Below, piece by piece: positions 21,250 through 30,852 of a stretch of DNA of 64,000 nucleotides. The notes under the pieces are model-generated. The model saw only the letters and a program-made list of their open reading frames with translations, searched no databases and was not told the DNA's origin. Source of the DNA: Candidatus Nitrospinota bacterium M3_3B_026 (GTDB lineage: Bacteria > Nitrospinota_A > UBA7883 > JBPRGF01); assembly GCA_051418015.1 (NCBI GenBank), contig JBPRGF010000029.1, forward strand, positions 128,001-192,000. The letters are read 5' to 3'. The first letter of the stretch is position 1. Each line of letters opens with the position of its first letter. A program made the position numbers and the translations under genes.

Positions 21250-22589
21250 GAAGGGTCAGCGTGATCATCCCCACGTTCAACCAGGCCGAGTACCTGCCGG
21301 AGACGATCGAGAGCGTCCTGTCGCAGGAAGGCGTCGACGTCGAGGTCATAGTGGTGAACGATGGCTCCACGGACGAAACTGAAAAAGTTCTGGAAGGCTA
21401 CGGCGGCAAGATAACCGTCATAAGCCAGCCGAATACCGGCGTCCCCGGCGCTCTCAACGCCGGCCTGGAACGCGCAAGCTGTGACTGGGTCAGCTGGATA
21501 GCCTCCGACAACGTCTTCTGCCCCAGCGCCTTGAAAAGACTTCTGGACGTGGCGGAAGGGCATGACATCGCCTACGCCGACCAGGTGGAGATGGACGAGA
21601 CCCTCTCGTACATCACGCACAAGAAACTCCTTTTCCCTTACAGCTTCGAGCGTGTGTTCTGCGACGACAGGAACTGGGCCATACACCTTTCCATATCTTT
21701 CGTGTATCGCAAATCCCTGCACCGCGCCGCCGGATGGTATGACCCCGCTTTCACGAACGTGCACGATTTCGAGATGTTCCTGAGGTTCGCGAAGGCGGGG
21801 GGGCGTTTCGTTTACGCTCCGGAGACGCTCATCAAAATAAGATCGCACGTGGCCGACGGCCGCAGGGTCCACCAGCGCTCTCCCGAGGGGATGAGGCGCC
21901 ACGACGAGCAGACGCGCAGGATAATACAGGCCGCCATGGAGTGGAGAGCCTCGCGTAGGCTGACGGTTGTGGAGCAGGGAGCGCGCCACGCCGACGTCAT
22001 TGTCGAGGAGGCGTCCGGGCTAGCCCGCCGGGGGTGCCTGCAAGAGGCGGTGGAGTTGGTCCCGAACGATGTCGGCGAAGACGTCTACACTCTTGTCCGG
22101 CTCGGGTGGTTCCTCGACAGGCTCGGCCTCCCGGCGCGCGCCGTGGAGCTTTTTTCGAAGGCGCTCAAGCTCGATCCTGAAAGGGTGGAATGCGCGCAGT
22201 TTTTATGGTTGTACAGCTCTCTGGGGATGATCGGAGGGAACGGCGCGGGGCCTTTCCCGCTCGCCGCCGCCGGGCACGCCTTCAACGGACGTGTTCTGGA
22301 CGGTCTGAAAAAAAGCGGCTCGCGCAGGGTTTTCGTCATCGGCCACGGGCTCACGGCGCTGGAGGCCAGCTGCTACCTTCTGCGGGAAGGTTTTGAGATA
22401 AGCGCCTATTGCGACACGCGCCGGGAGCACGCCTGGGGAAAGTTTCTGGGAGAAGATATCGCGCATCTGTCCGGCGTTGGCGATTATCCCGGCTCGGCGG
22501 TTCTGGCCGCCGTGGAGTCCAAGTACCACGGCGAAGTGCGGGAGGCGATTGCTGGGACCGGGCGCGAAAGCGGCGTGATCTTCGTCTAA
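21246..22589 (+). CDS. Family 2 glycosyltransferase with TPR-like and C-terminal Rossmann-like domains
   Basis: VSVIIPTFN, VVNDGSTD, ALNAG, ASDN, DFEMFLR; ATGA overlap with upstream gene. Confidence 0.88.
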   Translation: MRRVSVIIPTFNQAEYLPETIESVLSQEGVDVEVIVVNDGSTDETEKVLEGYGGKITVISQPNTGVPGALNAGLERASCDWVSWIASDNVFCPSALKRLLDVAEGHDIAYADQVEMDETLSYITHKKLLFPYSFERVFCDDRNWAIHLSISFVYRKSLHRAAGWYDPAFTNVHDFEMFLRFAKAGGRFVYAPETLIKIRSHVADGRRVHQRSPEGMRRHDEQTRRIIQAAMEWRASRRLTVVEQGARHADVIVEEASGLARRGCLQEAVELVPNDVGEDVYTLVRLGWFLDRLGLPARAVELFSKALKLDPERVECAQFLWLYSSLGMIGGNGAGPFPLAAAGHAFNGRVLDGLKKSGSRRVFVIGHGLTALEASCYLLREGFEISAYCDTRREHAWGKFLGEDIAHLSGVGDYPGSAVLAAVESKYHGEVREAIAGTGRESGVIFV

Positions 22590-22604
22590 GCTCACGCGCG
22601 GCGG

Positions 22605-24323
22605 CTACTCGTAGCCGTAGATGTCGAAGACCCCCGGATAGGTGGTTTTGATAAGCTCGTTCAGCTCGTCGTCGAAGACGTCCCTCCACGCCTCGGAGTT
22701 TCCCTTGAAGAACGTCGTGGACTTTTCGTTGTAAAGCGATTCCGCCACCTCCTCCGGATCGCCTTCGGCGCCGATATACTCCATGACCTTCGACACCGTT
22801 TCGACCTGTTTTGCCCTGCTCCCCCCGCCGCCAGGGCCGACGAGGTCCTCGTAGCGGACGTCGAGAACCTTCGGGTTCAGCCTGAGATAGCCCATTTCAA
22901 GAAAATACGTGCGGGGCTCCCATCCGCTGCTTAGAAGATATTTTACCCTGTCCTCCAGTCTCGGAATCGCCGTTAGAACAGCGACAGCCGTTCTGGCCGA
23001 AGCGCTGTTGTGGAGGCCTCCGAACCGCTCGTCACAGACATAATTGACCTGCGAGACGACGGCGGCGCGCGGGTCGCGGTAGTTGAATATTATTTTCGCT
23101 TCGCCGCTTTCAAGCATGGACAGGATCTCGCGGCACTTGTTCATCCTCATCATGTGAGTGAGAAGGAACTCCCCCTCACCGAGTCCTTTGACGTCGCCCG
23201 TTGTCGCTTCTTCCACTATCTTTTTGGTGTAGCCGAGGTTTTCCACAAGCCCTGATATGAGGCCCGTCCCGGTTTTCGGTATGGAGATGACGATAACTTT
23301 CGTCACGTCTTTCATCAGCGACCCGGTCCGGGATCGTGACTTGCGGCGGGATGGCTTCGGTACGTCCATTTCCAATTCCCCCGGCTCGTACATGCTGTAT
23401 ATCTCCACTTTTTCAGGGAGAAATGGGCGGATGGCCGAGGCGATCTCGTCCTGGTAGCGGTGGGATGAGACCACCACCAGATCGGGCGGGTCCCTGAAAA
23501 GCTCCCAGGTCGGGCGCGGCGTGAAATCCCAGCCAGGCTCCGGCTTGCGGGGGCTCCTGTCAAAAACGCCCGTTATCTGCGCCTGGTCAAAAAGACGTTT
23601 CTTGCGAAAAAGCTTCGCGGTGTGTTCTCCGCCGCCGCAGACGGCCACCCGCTCGCCGTTTTTTCCGGCGTCCCTCATTCTGCGCCGCAGCCTGCTCAGC
23701 GTGTCCCCTTTTTTCTCCGCGGAGATGAGAACGAGCATGTTGTCTGATGGGTCGTGCTGGACTCCAAAGGACTCCAGGCCGTCCACCATGGTTATTTCTA
23801 TCCTCCAGAACCCCGCCTCCTTAAGCGCATCACGGATCTGTTCTTCATCCGCGACCTTCCACATATGCGAAGGACAGCCATTGGCGCCCGGATTCCTGCC
23901 GTCGAGGGGCATGGCGGCCAGAAGCCTGCATCCGTGGCGGAGGACCCTCCATATCTCCCGCAAGCCGCCGGCCGGGTCGGAGAAATGCTCGAGCACATTG
24001 TCGGCTAACACCATGTCGAAAGCGTCGTCCTGGAACCCGAGGCGCTGGCCGTCCATGACGGCGAGCTTAAGCGGATATCTTTGCGAAGCGGCGCGGACGA
24101 ATTTTTCCACTATGTCCACCCCGTAGCATTTCACGCTGGAGGAGATGTGGTGGAGCCAGTATCCGTCGCCTACCCCGATCTCCAGTATCGTTCCGGCGTC
24201 TTCGGGGATCATGTCGAACAGACGTTTCTGCAGCGACCAGTGCCGATCCCCCTTTGGAGCGCTCTGGAGGACGTAGTTTTCGTTCTCCTTCTCCTGAAGG
24301 GAGATATAATTTTCAGATGTCAT
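22605..24323 (-). CDS. Fusion: class I SAM methyltransferase + Rossmann-like domain + sulfotransferase
   Basis: ILEIGVGDG, GVD, VLEH (MTase); SIPKTGT (5'-PSB), YRDPRAAVVS (3'-PB), VRYEDL, FFKG....W (sulfotransferase). Confidence 0.85.
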   Translation of the reverse strand: MTSENYISLQEKENENYVLQSAPKGDRHWSLQKRLFDMIPEDAGTILEIGVGDGYWLHHISSSVKCYGVDIVEKFVRAASQRYPLKLAVMDGQRLGFQDDAFDMVLADNVLEHFSDPAGGLREIWRVLRHGCRLLAAMPLDGRNPGANGCPSHMWKVADEEQIRDALKEAGFWRIEITMVDGLESFGVQHDPSDNMLVLISAEKKGDTLSRLRRRMRDAGKNGERVAVCGGGEHTAKLFRKKRLFDQAQITGVFDRSPRKPEPGWDFTPRPTWELFRDPPDLVVVSSHRYQDEIASAIRPFLPEKVEIYSMYEPGELEMDVPKPSRRKSRSRTGSLMKDVTKVIVISIPKTGTGLISGLVENLGYTKKIVEEATTGDVKGLGEGEFLLTHMMRMNKCREILSMLESGEAKIIFNYRDPRAAVVSQVNYVCDERFGGLHNSASARTAVAVLTAIPRLEDRVKYLLSSGWEPRTYFLEMGYLRLNPKVLDVRYEDLVGPGGGGSRAKQVETVSKVMEYIGAEGDPEEVAESLYNEKSTTFFKGNSEAWRDVFDDELNELIKTTYPGVFDIYGYE

Positions 24324-24365
24324 CGGCTTGTCCGGCCTCCGGCTCCGCGCTGGCTTCACAGAATA

Positions 24366-25202
24366 TTATTTTACCGCGAAAACGAGCAGATAAAATCCCG
24401 TCTCGCTCGCCAGGTCGCCGGTCTTCGCCAATTCGGCGGCCCGGCGCAGGAACGATCGTATCTCTTCGTCCTCGACGGCATTTATCTCATCGGCCGTCAG
24501 GGGCAAAGTGTCATGCGTCGGGTTGTGTACGCGGACTTCGACCTTCGAGAAATCCTCGAAGAGATCCTCGGCCTCTTTCCTGGAGTAGACTTTGGCGAGA
24601 GGACAGTCCGGGCGCTGCTCCACGGTCTCCTCGAGTATTTTCCGCTTGTCCATGGTTTTGAGCCTGCCCTCTACGACGCCCTGGAGGTAAAGATAATGAT
24701 AGTAATACCACATGGAATCCCTGTGATAGAGCATGACGATGGCCTCGCCGCCCGGCTTTAAGACGCGGTGTATCTCTTTGACCGCCACGTCGGTTCTGGG
24801 CACCGAGAGGAGCACGCCCATCGAATAGGCGATGTCGAAGGAGCCGGAGGCGAAAGGCAGCGTCTGCGCGTCACCCTGGATTATGTGGTTCTGAAGCTCC
24901 ATGACCTCGAAGTGGCGTTTCGTAAGCGCCGTCGCCTTGCTGGTAAGGTCCATGGACGTGACGTCGGCGCCGGCTCTTGCGAACTGGGCCGAGTCCGTCC
25001 CCGCGCCGCACCCGACCTCGAGGACTTTTTTGCCCCTGGCGCGGGAAAAATCGACATCGTCGAACATATCCCGGTAGACAGAGTAGCGATGCGCCGCCAC
25101 TTTCTCGAACTGCTCCCGCGTTCGTATATCCTCATGCGGCGCGGGGCCCGGCGGCCCCTGCTCCCAGTAGTCCCGTATTTCCCTTTCAATATCTATCGTC
25201 AT
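24366..25202 (-). CDS. Class I SAM-dependent methyltransferase
   Basis: VLEVGCGAGTD, GDAQTLPF, EIHRVLKPGG; start set at ATG 25202. Confidence 0.9.
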   Translation of the reverse strand: MTIDIEREIRDYWEQGPPGPAPHEDIRTREQFEKVAAHRYSVYRDMFDDVDFSRARGKKVLEVGCGAGTDSAQFARAGADVTSMDLTSKATALTKRHFEVMELQNHIIQGDAQTLPFASGSFDIAYSMGVLLSVPRTDVAVKEIHRVLKPGGEAIVMLYHRDSMWYYYHYLYLQGVVEGRLKTMDKRKILEETVEQRPDCPLAKVYSRKEAEDLFEDFSKVEVRVHNPTHDTLPLTADEINAVEDEEIRSFLRRAAELAKTGDLASETGFYLLVFAVK

Positions 25203-25258
25203 TTCATCTCCCAATGTCTCGTTGTGGCAGTGAAATAAATACCATATATAAACGGCCT

Positions 25259-26710
25259 TCAGCGCGCGGAACACCGCTGGTCTTGAGAACTCGCCGATTC
25301 CTCGGGCTGATCGATGTAAACCAGGCTGTTGTTTGGCGCGCATATTTCGGTGATCCCGTATCTGTAAAGTTCGATGAAACGCTCGTAAGGGACATCGCTG
25401 AAAACACGGTTGGGCGAAAGCGGGGCGTTCGTGTCCGAGATCATGCCCCAATAGTCGGGGCCGGAAGGGTCGAGCCTGCCTTCCGCCACCAACCGCTTAT
25501 TTATTCTTGTCCCAGGTAGAGGCAAAAGCACGTTAAGGCCGCTGAACAACCTGTTTCTTCTGATGAAATCGAAAGTGAGATGAATATCCTCCTCGGTCTC
25601 GCCAGGGACGCCCATAATGAACGCTGATATCGGACGGATGCCGTTGGCTTCGAGCGCGTCGACGGCCTCCTGGTTTTTATGGGCCGGGGTGCGCTTGTTG
25701 AGGGTGTCCAGTACCTTTTGCGAAGCGGACTCGAACCCAAAGTTAAGCCCGACACAGCCAGCCTCACGCATCTTCGGGAGAAGGTCGTACGGGAGGTCGT
25801 CCGCGGAGGCGCAGGCGATCCATTTAACATCTTTGTTTACCCCGCTCGATATGAACGCGTCGAGAACCTCCCTCGTTCTCGTCTTCCAGACGGGGAAGTT
25901 TATGTCGTAGAAAAACAAGCCCGTCAAACCATAATCCAGTATCAACCTCTCCACCCGCGCGAGAACGTCGGGCGCGCTCTGAAAAGCAAGGCGCGGCTCC
26001 ATTATCTTCGACGCGCAAAAGTCGCAACTTTTATTGCATCCACGGGCTGTCATGATGGATGTCAGATGGTTGAAATAAAACCCCACTATCCCCCGGCCCG
26101 CCTTAAAATAATACTCTGTGTCCATCAGGTCCCGCGCCACGTCAGGCCAGGAAAGCCTTTTCCAGTTGACGGGTCTTTCGGGGGTGAGGACGACGGCCGG
26201 GTTTTCATCTCCAGTGGTTCGTTTGTCGGCCCTGAAAGCTATCCCGGGTATTTTGTCCCATGGAGCCCCGCCGAGCAGGTCGCCCATCGCCTCTTCGCCA
26301 AATCCGCGAACGGCGATGTCCGTCTCCGGGATATCCTTGAAGATCGAAACAGGCTCGCAGGTGGGATGATACCCGCCCATGACTACTGTGACATCTCCCC
26401 CCAGGGATTCTCTTATCAGGCCCACGGTGAGGCGGGCGTCCTTCATCTGGCAGGTCATCAGCGTGACACCGGCGATGTGTGGAGAGAATGCGGCGAGCCG
26501 CCGCCGCGTCCACTCGTTCAGGGCCGTGAGCCTCGTTTCCTCGGGGATGTCGCTGAGTCCGTGGTAGTACTTGGCGTTCCTGTCTATGAAGATCACATCG
26601 TGGCCGCTCTGGCGTGAAAAGCCGGCGATGGCAAGGAGGCCCAGAGGGGGCATGGACATCGCGTCGTAATGAAAGTGACCGCTCAAAGGATTGATCAAAG
26701 CCAGTCTCAT
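25259..26710 (-). CDS. Cobalamin-binding radical SAM enzyme (class B methylase-like)
   Basis: PPLGLLAIA, GGYHPT, G.GE, TARGCNKSCDFC, FGFES, FIMGVPGET. Confidence 0.9.
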   Translation of the reverse strand: MRLALINPLSGHFHYDAMSMPPLGLLAIAGFSRQSGHDVIFIDRNAKYYHGLSDIPEETRLTALNEWTRRRLAAFSPHIAGVTLMTCQMKDARLTVGLIRESLGGDVTVVMGGYHPTCEPVSIFKDIPETDIAVRGFGEEAMGDLLGGAPWDKIPGIAFRADKRTTGDENPAVVLTPERPVNWKRLSWPDVARDLMDTEYYFKAGRGIVGFYFNHLTSIMTARGCNKSCDFCASKIMEPRLAFQSAPDVLARVERLILDYGLTGLFFYDINFPVWKTRTREVLDAFISSGVNKDVKWIACASADDLPYDLLPKMREAGCVGLNFGFESASQKVLDTLNKRTPAHKNQEAVDALEANGIRPISAFIMGVPGETEEDIHLTFDFIRRNRLFSGLNVLLPLPGTRINKRLVAEGRLDPSGPDYWGMISDTNAPLSPNRVFSDVPYERFIELYRYGITEICAPNNSLVYIDQPEESASSQDQRCSAR

Positions 26711-26724
26711 ATCACCGCCCACTG

Positions 26725-27597
26725 TCAAAGCCGAGCCAGGTTTGCTGGTCTTCCCGTCGCGCTGGCCCTGTTCCAGGGGTAAGCCGGTTCGGGATAAAGC
26801 CTACGCGCAAGGCCGCCCGCCCGGCGGCTCAGAGTATCGAGCTGAGGCTCGGTCCACTCAGAGATATCTTTGATCTTGATCTCTTTTGACCATGGGTTCA
26901 GATGGCGGTCATCGCCGAGGCCCGGCGAGGCGTTCACCCTGACGCCGAGCGTGTCTTCTATGTTGCGCCGGTGTTTCTTGTAACCTTCGATGCCTAAAAA
27001 AAGATACAGGTCTTTCACCGACGCTGAATCCAAGTTTTCTATTCGCTGAATCCGCCACATCCGTTTTGGGATGGAGTCAAAAAAATCCAGGACAAACCCG
27101 TTAACCATGTTTCAGTACCAAAGACACTTGTCAAAAGGGGTCATGGAATCCCACGCGCGCCCGATCTCGCTCGCTTTCGGGGGCCGGACATGCTCCAGGC
27201 CATGAGGGTGCGTATCGTCGAAGAAACCGCGCGCCAGGGCGCTCGCCACGAAGGTGTCTGGCCTCCTGACCAGAAGGACGAATTTCACCCTGTCCCCGCC
27301 GAATTCTCTGAAAATTTCGGGAAAAAGAAAATAAAGATGTCCGGAGCATTCCCCGTAACTCAGGCCGTTTGCGTTGCTCTCCTCCACCAGCGGTCTGGTG
27401 GATCGTCCCACTTCCTTGTGAAACAGGCTCATGCTTCCCGCGTGATAAGCCTCTTTCATCAGATCCGTCCGCACCGAACGCTCATGGACGCAACGGGTGT
27501 TCTCCCCGAAAGAGAGAAGGCGGGATAATAACATCGTGCCGCACCGGCCCGTGCCGGTAACGAAATAAGCGCCATGGCTTTCTGGGCAATCGGTCAT
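26725..27597 (-). pseudogene. Sulfotransferase-family gene interrupted by one in-frame TGA (27112-27114)
   Basis: VTGTGRCGT and LVRRP..FVAS in ORF 27112-27624; ORF 26725-27108 continues in the same frame after TGA-AAC (CLWY*NMVN) with RIENL. Confidence 0.75.
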
Positions 27598-27784
27598 ATC
27601 CTTCCCATGCTCACGTCTTTTCACCCTTCTCGCGGGCGCGAGTGTTTTTCCCTGGCCGGCGGGGCAGGGTGTTGAGGAGCGCGCGTAAACAGACGGGCCG
27701 ATTCGCCGCCAGCCGCCCCGTCAACATCATCATATCGGCTTTTTGTGTTTTATTCTTTACCACGGCCACGCCGCGATAAAGGCG

Positions 27785-30730
27785 TCACGGCCCTTGCGAG
27801 CTGAACACGTGAGCCAGGCTGTTTTCAGGGTCGCACATCACAATACCGCCGCCAGATGAGTCCGGGCGCGCCGAGATCGACAAGAGCCTCGTCGAGACCT
27901 GGGCCAGCGGATACTCGTCCTCCCCCTGCGACACCGAAACGAGCCGCCACAGAAGCTCCCCGCCTCCACCGAAGGCCCACAGCCCCTCCGGCGACGCCAC
28001 GTAAAGGACGCCGCTTATGTCCACGGCGCAGCCAAGCGGGGTGGAAATATAGCCGGACTCAAAAAACCACCCTCTGCTCTCCCTGAGGCTGCGGCGATAG
28101 ACGATGTTTTCGGCCACGGCCGCCGCAACGAACTCACCATCGTTCACCATCGCCATGTTGAAGCCGATCTCCGGGATGTCCAATCTTTCTCCCCCTCGCA
28201 GGTCACGCGGAACCAGCCACGCCTGTTTGTTGAAGAAGTCGGTCACGACAAACCCCCGCTCTCCGGCGGAGGCGATCCTGTGCGGCGTGGGCGGCAGCGC
28301 GGCCCCCTCGGGGATGGGGCGAGCCTCGCCCGAGTCGATGTCGAGTATCTCCACCGCTATGTCCCTGTCCCCTCTTGAGGGATCTTTCCGGCGCGCTACG
28401 ATCAGCCTTCCAGGCTTGTAAACATCCGTCCCGGTGATCGTGACGCCGCTTTTCAACAGGGCGATGCTCTCTTCATCCGTGTCATAGATTAAAAGCTCCC
28501 TGCGCCATATGTCGTTTATGACAAGCTTTCCCGGAGACACCGGAAGCGCCATGAACGGCTTTACGGGCCTGCCAGTCACGGGATGAATCGGCTTTATGGT
28601 CCGGACGTACCGCAACGCTCCGCCCGCGGGCGGCGTCTTCCCGCCGAGGCTCTCCGCGACGCTTTGTCCGGCGGCCAACGACACGGTGACGGGAGGCTCT
28701 TCCAGTATTTTCTGCCCCGTCTTGACGCTCCTCCATAGAGGGGCCAGGCCGGGCTCTTCTTTCGCCTTCTCGCCGTACTTTTCGATGATGGCGCGGGATT
28801 TCTCCACCTCCCCGGCCATCTGGTAGAGGCGCGCGAGGTAATATGCCGTCTCAGGATTCGCCTCCCTGGCCAGCTCTTCGTCAAGGAGCGCCGCCCCTTC
28901 CCGCGCCTGCCCCAGCTTTTCATAGACACGGCAGAGGTTATCCAGGTAGTACTTTTTCGCGGAGTCGTTCCTTCTCAGCCCGGCGCTGAAAAAAATCTTC
29001 GCCTTCTCGTAGTCCTCCCAGTGGAAAAGGAGCTCGCCGAGAGCGCCTACGACCCTGGACGGAAGCCATGTGACATCCTTCCGGACAGTCACCAGCGCCG
29101 CCGGGAGGAACAGCCCTTCGAGGCCGAGCTCCTCCGGGTCCTCGCCGAGCTTCACCAGGGCCTTGCCAAGAAGCGACAGATGCTCATACAAGAAAAGATA
29201 GGCCGCCACAGCGGCCGACGCCCAGGCCATATCCATGCCTTCCGGCTTGCCGACCCGCTCCCGGATCATGGAAAGCACGCTCTCCAGGTCCCGTTTTCTC
29301 AGGGCGTATTCGCTCTTCAGCGTCTCAGAAAGACGCGCGGCCGTCTTGCCGAAATTCTTTTCCGCGAAGTCGCTGGGCCAGGCCGTGAGCGCCGCGATGG
29401 CCCGCGCCATGGCCGCGGCGAGCGCTTTTCTGTAAAAAACCTGACGCCTGCCGATCTGGGTGGACTTCAATCTCGCCAGCCCAAGGGCTTTCCGGGCCTG
29501 CTCCTTGACCGCCTCGTCAGCGGGGGAGGTCACCACCATGTAAGCCTGGAAAAGCTCCGGGACAATCCCGCCGTATTCGCCTTCAAGCTCGTTGAGGCGG
29601 GAGGCGGAGTATGTCATGGCCTCCATGCTCGCATCCTCGTACCATTTGACCACCCCGGCCGCTTCAGGGCCTTCCGGCATGGCTTCGATCCGCCGCAGCC
29701 AGTGAGCCCCGTCACGCAGCGTCCACCGGGAAAGCTCTTCATCCGAGCGCGCCTCAAAAGCCTTCGGCTGCTCCACGCCCCCGCCGTCCGGGCGCGGGAT
29801 GGATATCCGCATGATGCGGCCCGCCCGCCCGTCGGCGGCCAGGATCGAGAACCTCTCGCCGCCGGCGTTGTCCAAGCATACGGCCAAAGGCTCCGGCCCC
29901 TCGCCCGCGCTGAGAGTCAGCAGGCGCTCGATCCACGGCCTTTTCAGGGAGAACAGCAGAAAACGCCCGTAGAACGATCCGGCGATGGCGAACTCGCCGT
30001 CCAGCATCGTCACGCTGACCGGGTGGAAGCCGCTGTCAAGGGGTGAGGTATAAACAAAGTCGATCTGGCGCCCTTCGCCGGATACCAGGCAAAGCCTCCG
30101 GTTGTTCGTGTCCGCCACGAGGATGTTTTTGTCTTTAGTCAGGGCGAATGCCTGCGGGTAGCTGTATCCGGCGGGTGGGGGCAGGATACCCTCCGTGGGG
30201 AAAAAGACCTCCGCCGGATCGTTTTTCCTGTTCTCTTCTTCCGTTGTCATATGACGGCCGTGGATTCTGAGCGGGCTCCCGGCGGCGTCCACAAGCTTGA
30301 CCCTGTTGTTGCCGCGGTCCAGGACCCACAACAGCCCATTCTCCGCCGCAGCCACGCCCACGGGCTCGTTGAGCTCATTGGGGCCTGAGCCTATAGCGCC
30401 GAAGGAGCCCTCAAAGCCGCCGTCCAGGCTGAAAAGCTGAATGCGGTGGTTCCAGGAGTCGCACACCGCCAGCCTCGCCCCGTCCCCGTAATCCACGATC
30501 GCCAGCCCCCGGGGATACCAGAACTTTCCGGGGTCTATGCCTTTGCCGCCGAGGGAGAAGACCACTTCCCCGTTGTTTTCAAGGGCGAGGACGCGGTGGT
30601 TGAACTCGTCGGACAAAAATATCCTCCCACCGGGGCCTTTGATGATGGTGTGGACGTGGGACAGAGGGGGGCTGGGGACGTTTCTTACCGGGATATCTTC
30701 CACCACTTCGCTTTCAGCGGGGGCCTTCAC
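27785..30730 (-). CDS. Large NHL-repeat / TPR protein
   Basis: NHL repeats (SDEFNHRV, FWYPRGLA, DSWNHRIQ, LNEPVGV, DRGNNRV, DTNNRR), helical/TPR middle, beta-rich C-terminus; no signal peptide seen. Confidence 0.8.
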   Translation of the reverse strand: MKAPAESEVVEDIPVRNVPSPPLSHVHTIIKGPGGRIFLSDEFNHRVLALENNGEVVFSLGGKGIDPGKFWYPRGLAIVDYGDGARLAVCDSWNHRIQLFSLDGGFEGSFGAIGSGPNELNEPVGVAAAENGLLWVLDRGNNRVKLVDAAGSPLRIHGRHMTTEEENRKNDPAEVFFPTEGILPPPAGYSYPQAFALTKDKNILVADTNNRRLCLVSGEGRQIDFVYTSPLDSGFHPVSVTMLDGEFAIAGSFYGRFLLFSLKRPWIERLLTLSAGEGPEPLAVCLDNAGGERFSILAADGRAGRIMRISIPRPDGGGVEQPKAFEARSDEELSRWTLRDGAHWLRRIEAMPEGPEAAGVVKWYEDASMEAMTYSASRLNELEGEYGGIVPELFQAYMVVTSPADEAVKEQARKALGLARLKSTQIGRRQVFYRKALAAAMARAIAALTAWPSDFAEKNFGKTAARLSETLKSEYALRKRDLESVLSMIRERVGKPEGMDMAWASAAVAAYLFLYEHLSLLGKALVKLGEDPEELGLEGLFLPAALVTVRKDVTWLPSRVVGALGELLFHWEDYEKAKIFFSAGLRRNDSAKKYYLDNLCRVYEKLGQAREGAALLDEELAREANPETAYYLARLYQMAGEVEKSRAIIEKYGEKAKEEPGLAPLWRSVKTGQKILEEPPVTVSLAAGQSVAESLGGKTPPAGGALRYVRTIKPIHPVTGRPVKPFMALPVSPGKLVINDIWRRELLIYDTDEESIALLKSGVTITGTDVYKPGRLIVARRKDPSRGDRDIAVEILDIDSGEARPIPEGAALPPTPHRIASAGERGFVVTDFFNKQAWLVPRDLRGGERLDIPEIGFNMAMVNDGEFVAAAVAENIVYRRSLRESRGWFFESGYISTPLGCAVDISGVLYVASPEGLWAFGGGGELLWRLVSVSQGEDEYPLAQVSTRLLSISARPDSSGGGIVMCDPENSLAHVFSSQGP

Positions 30731-30852
30731 GAAACCGCTCCAAATCGCCGCCGGGCGGGAAAATAAGCCTTAGCGAGGTTTATGATTATAATCAATTGTA
30801 CTTTTCGCCCTTTTTCTGTTCAAGCGCGCGATTTTAATTCTATCATGCGGGC

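Noticed and set aside
27112..27114. Selenocysteine recoding of the in-frame TGA
   Set aside because: Context suggests Trp, sulfotransferases are not known selenoproteins, and no SECIS-like hairpin is evident downstream
30783..30794. TGATTATAATCA palindrome as a Fur/PerR-like operator
   Set aside because: Single short AT-rich palindrome overlapping probable divergent -10 elements; no second copy found
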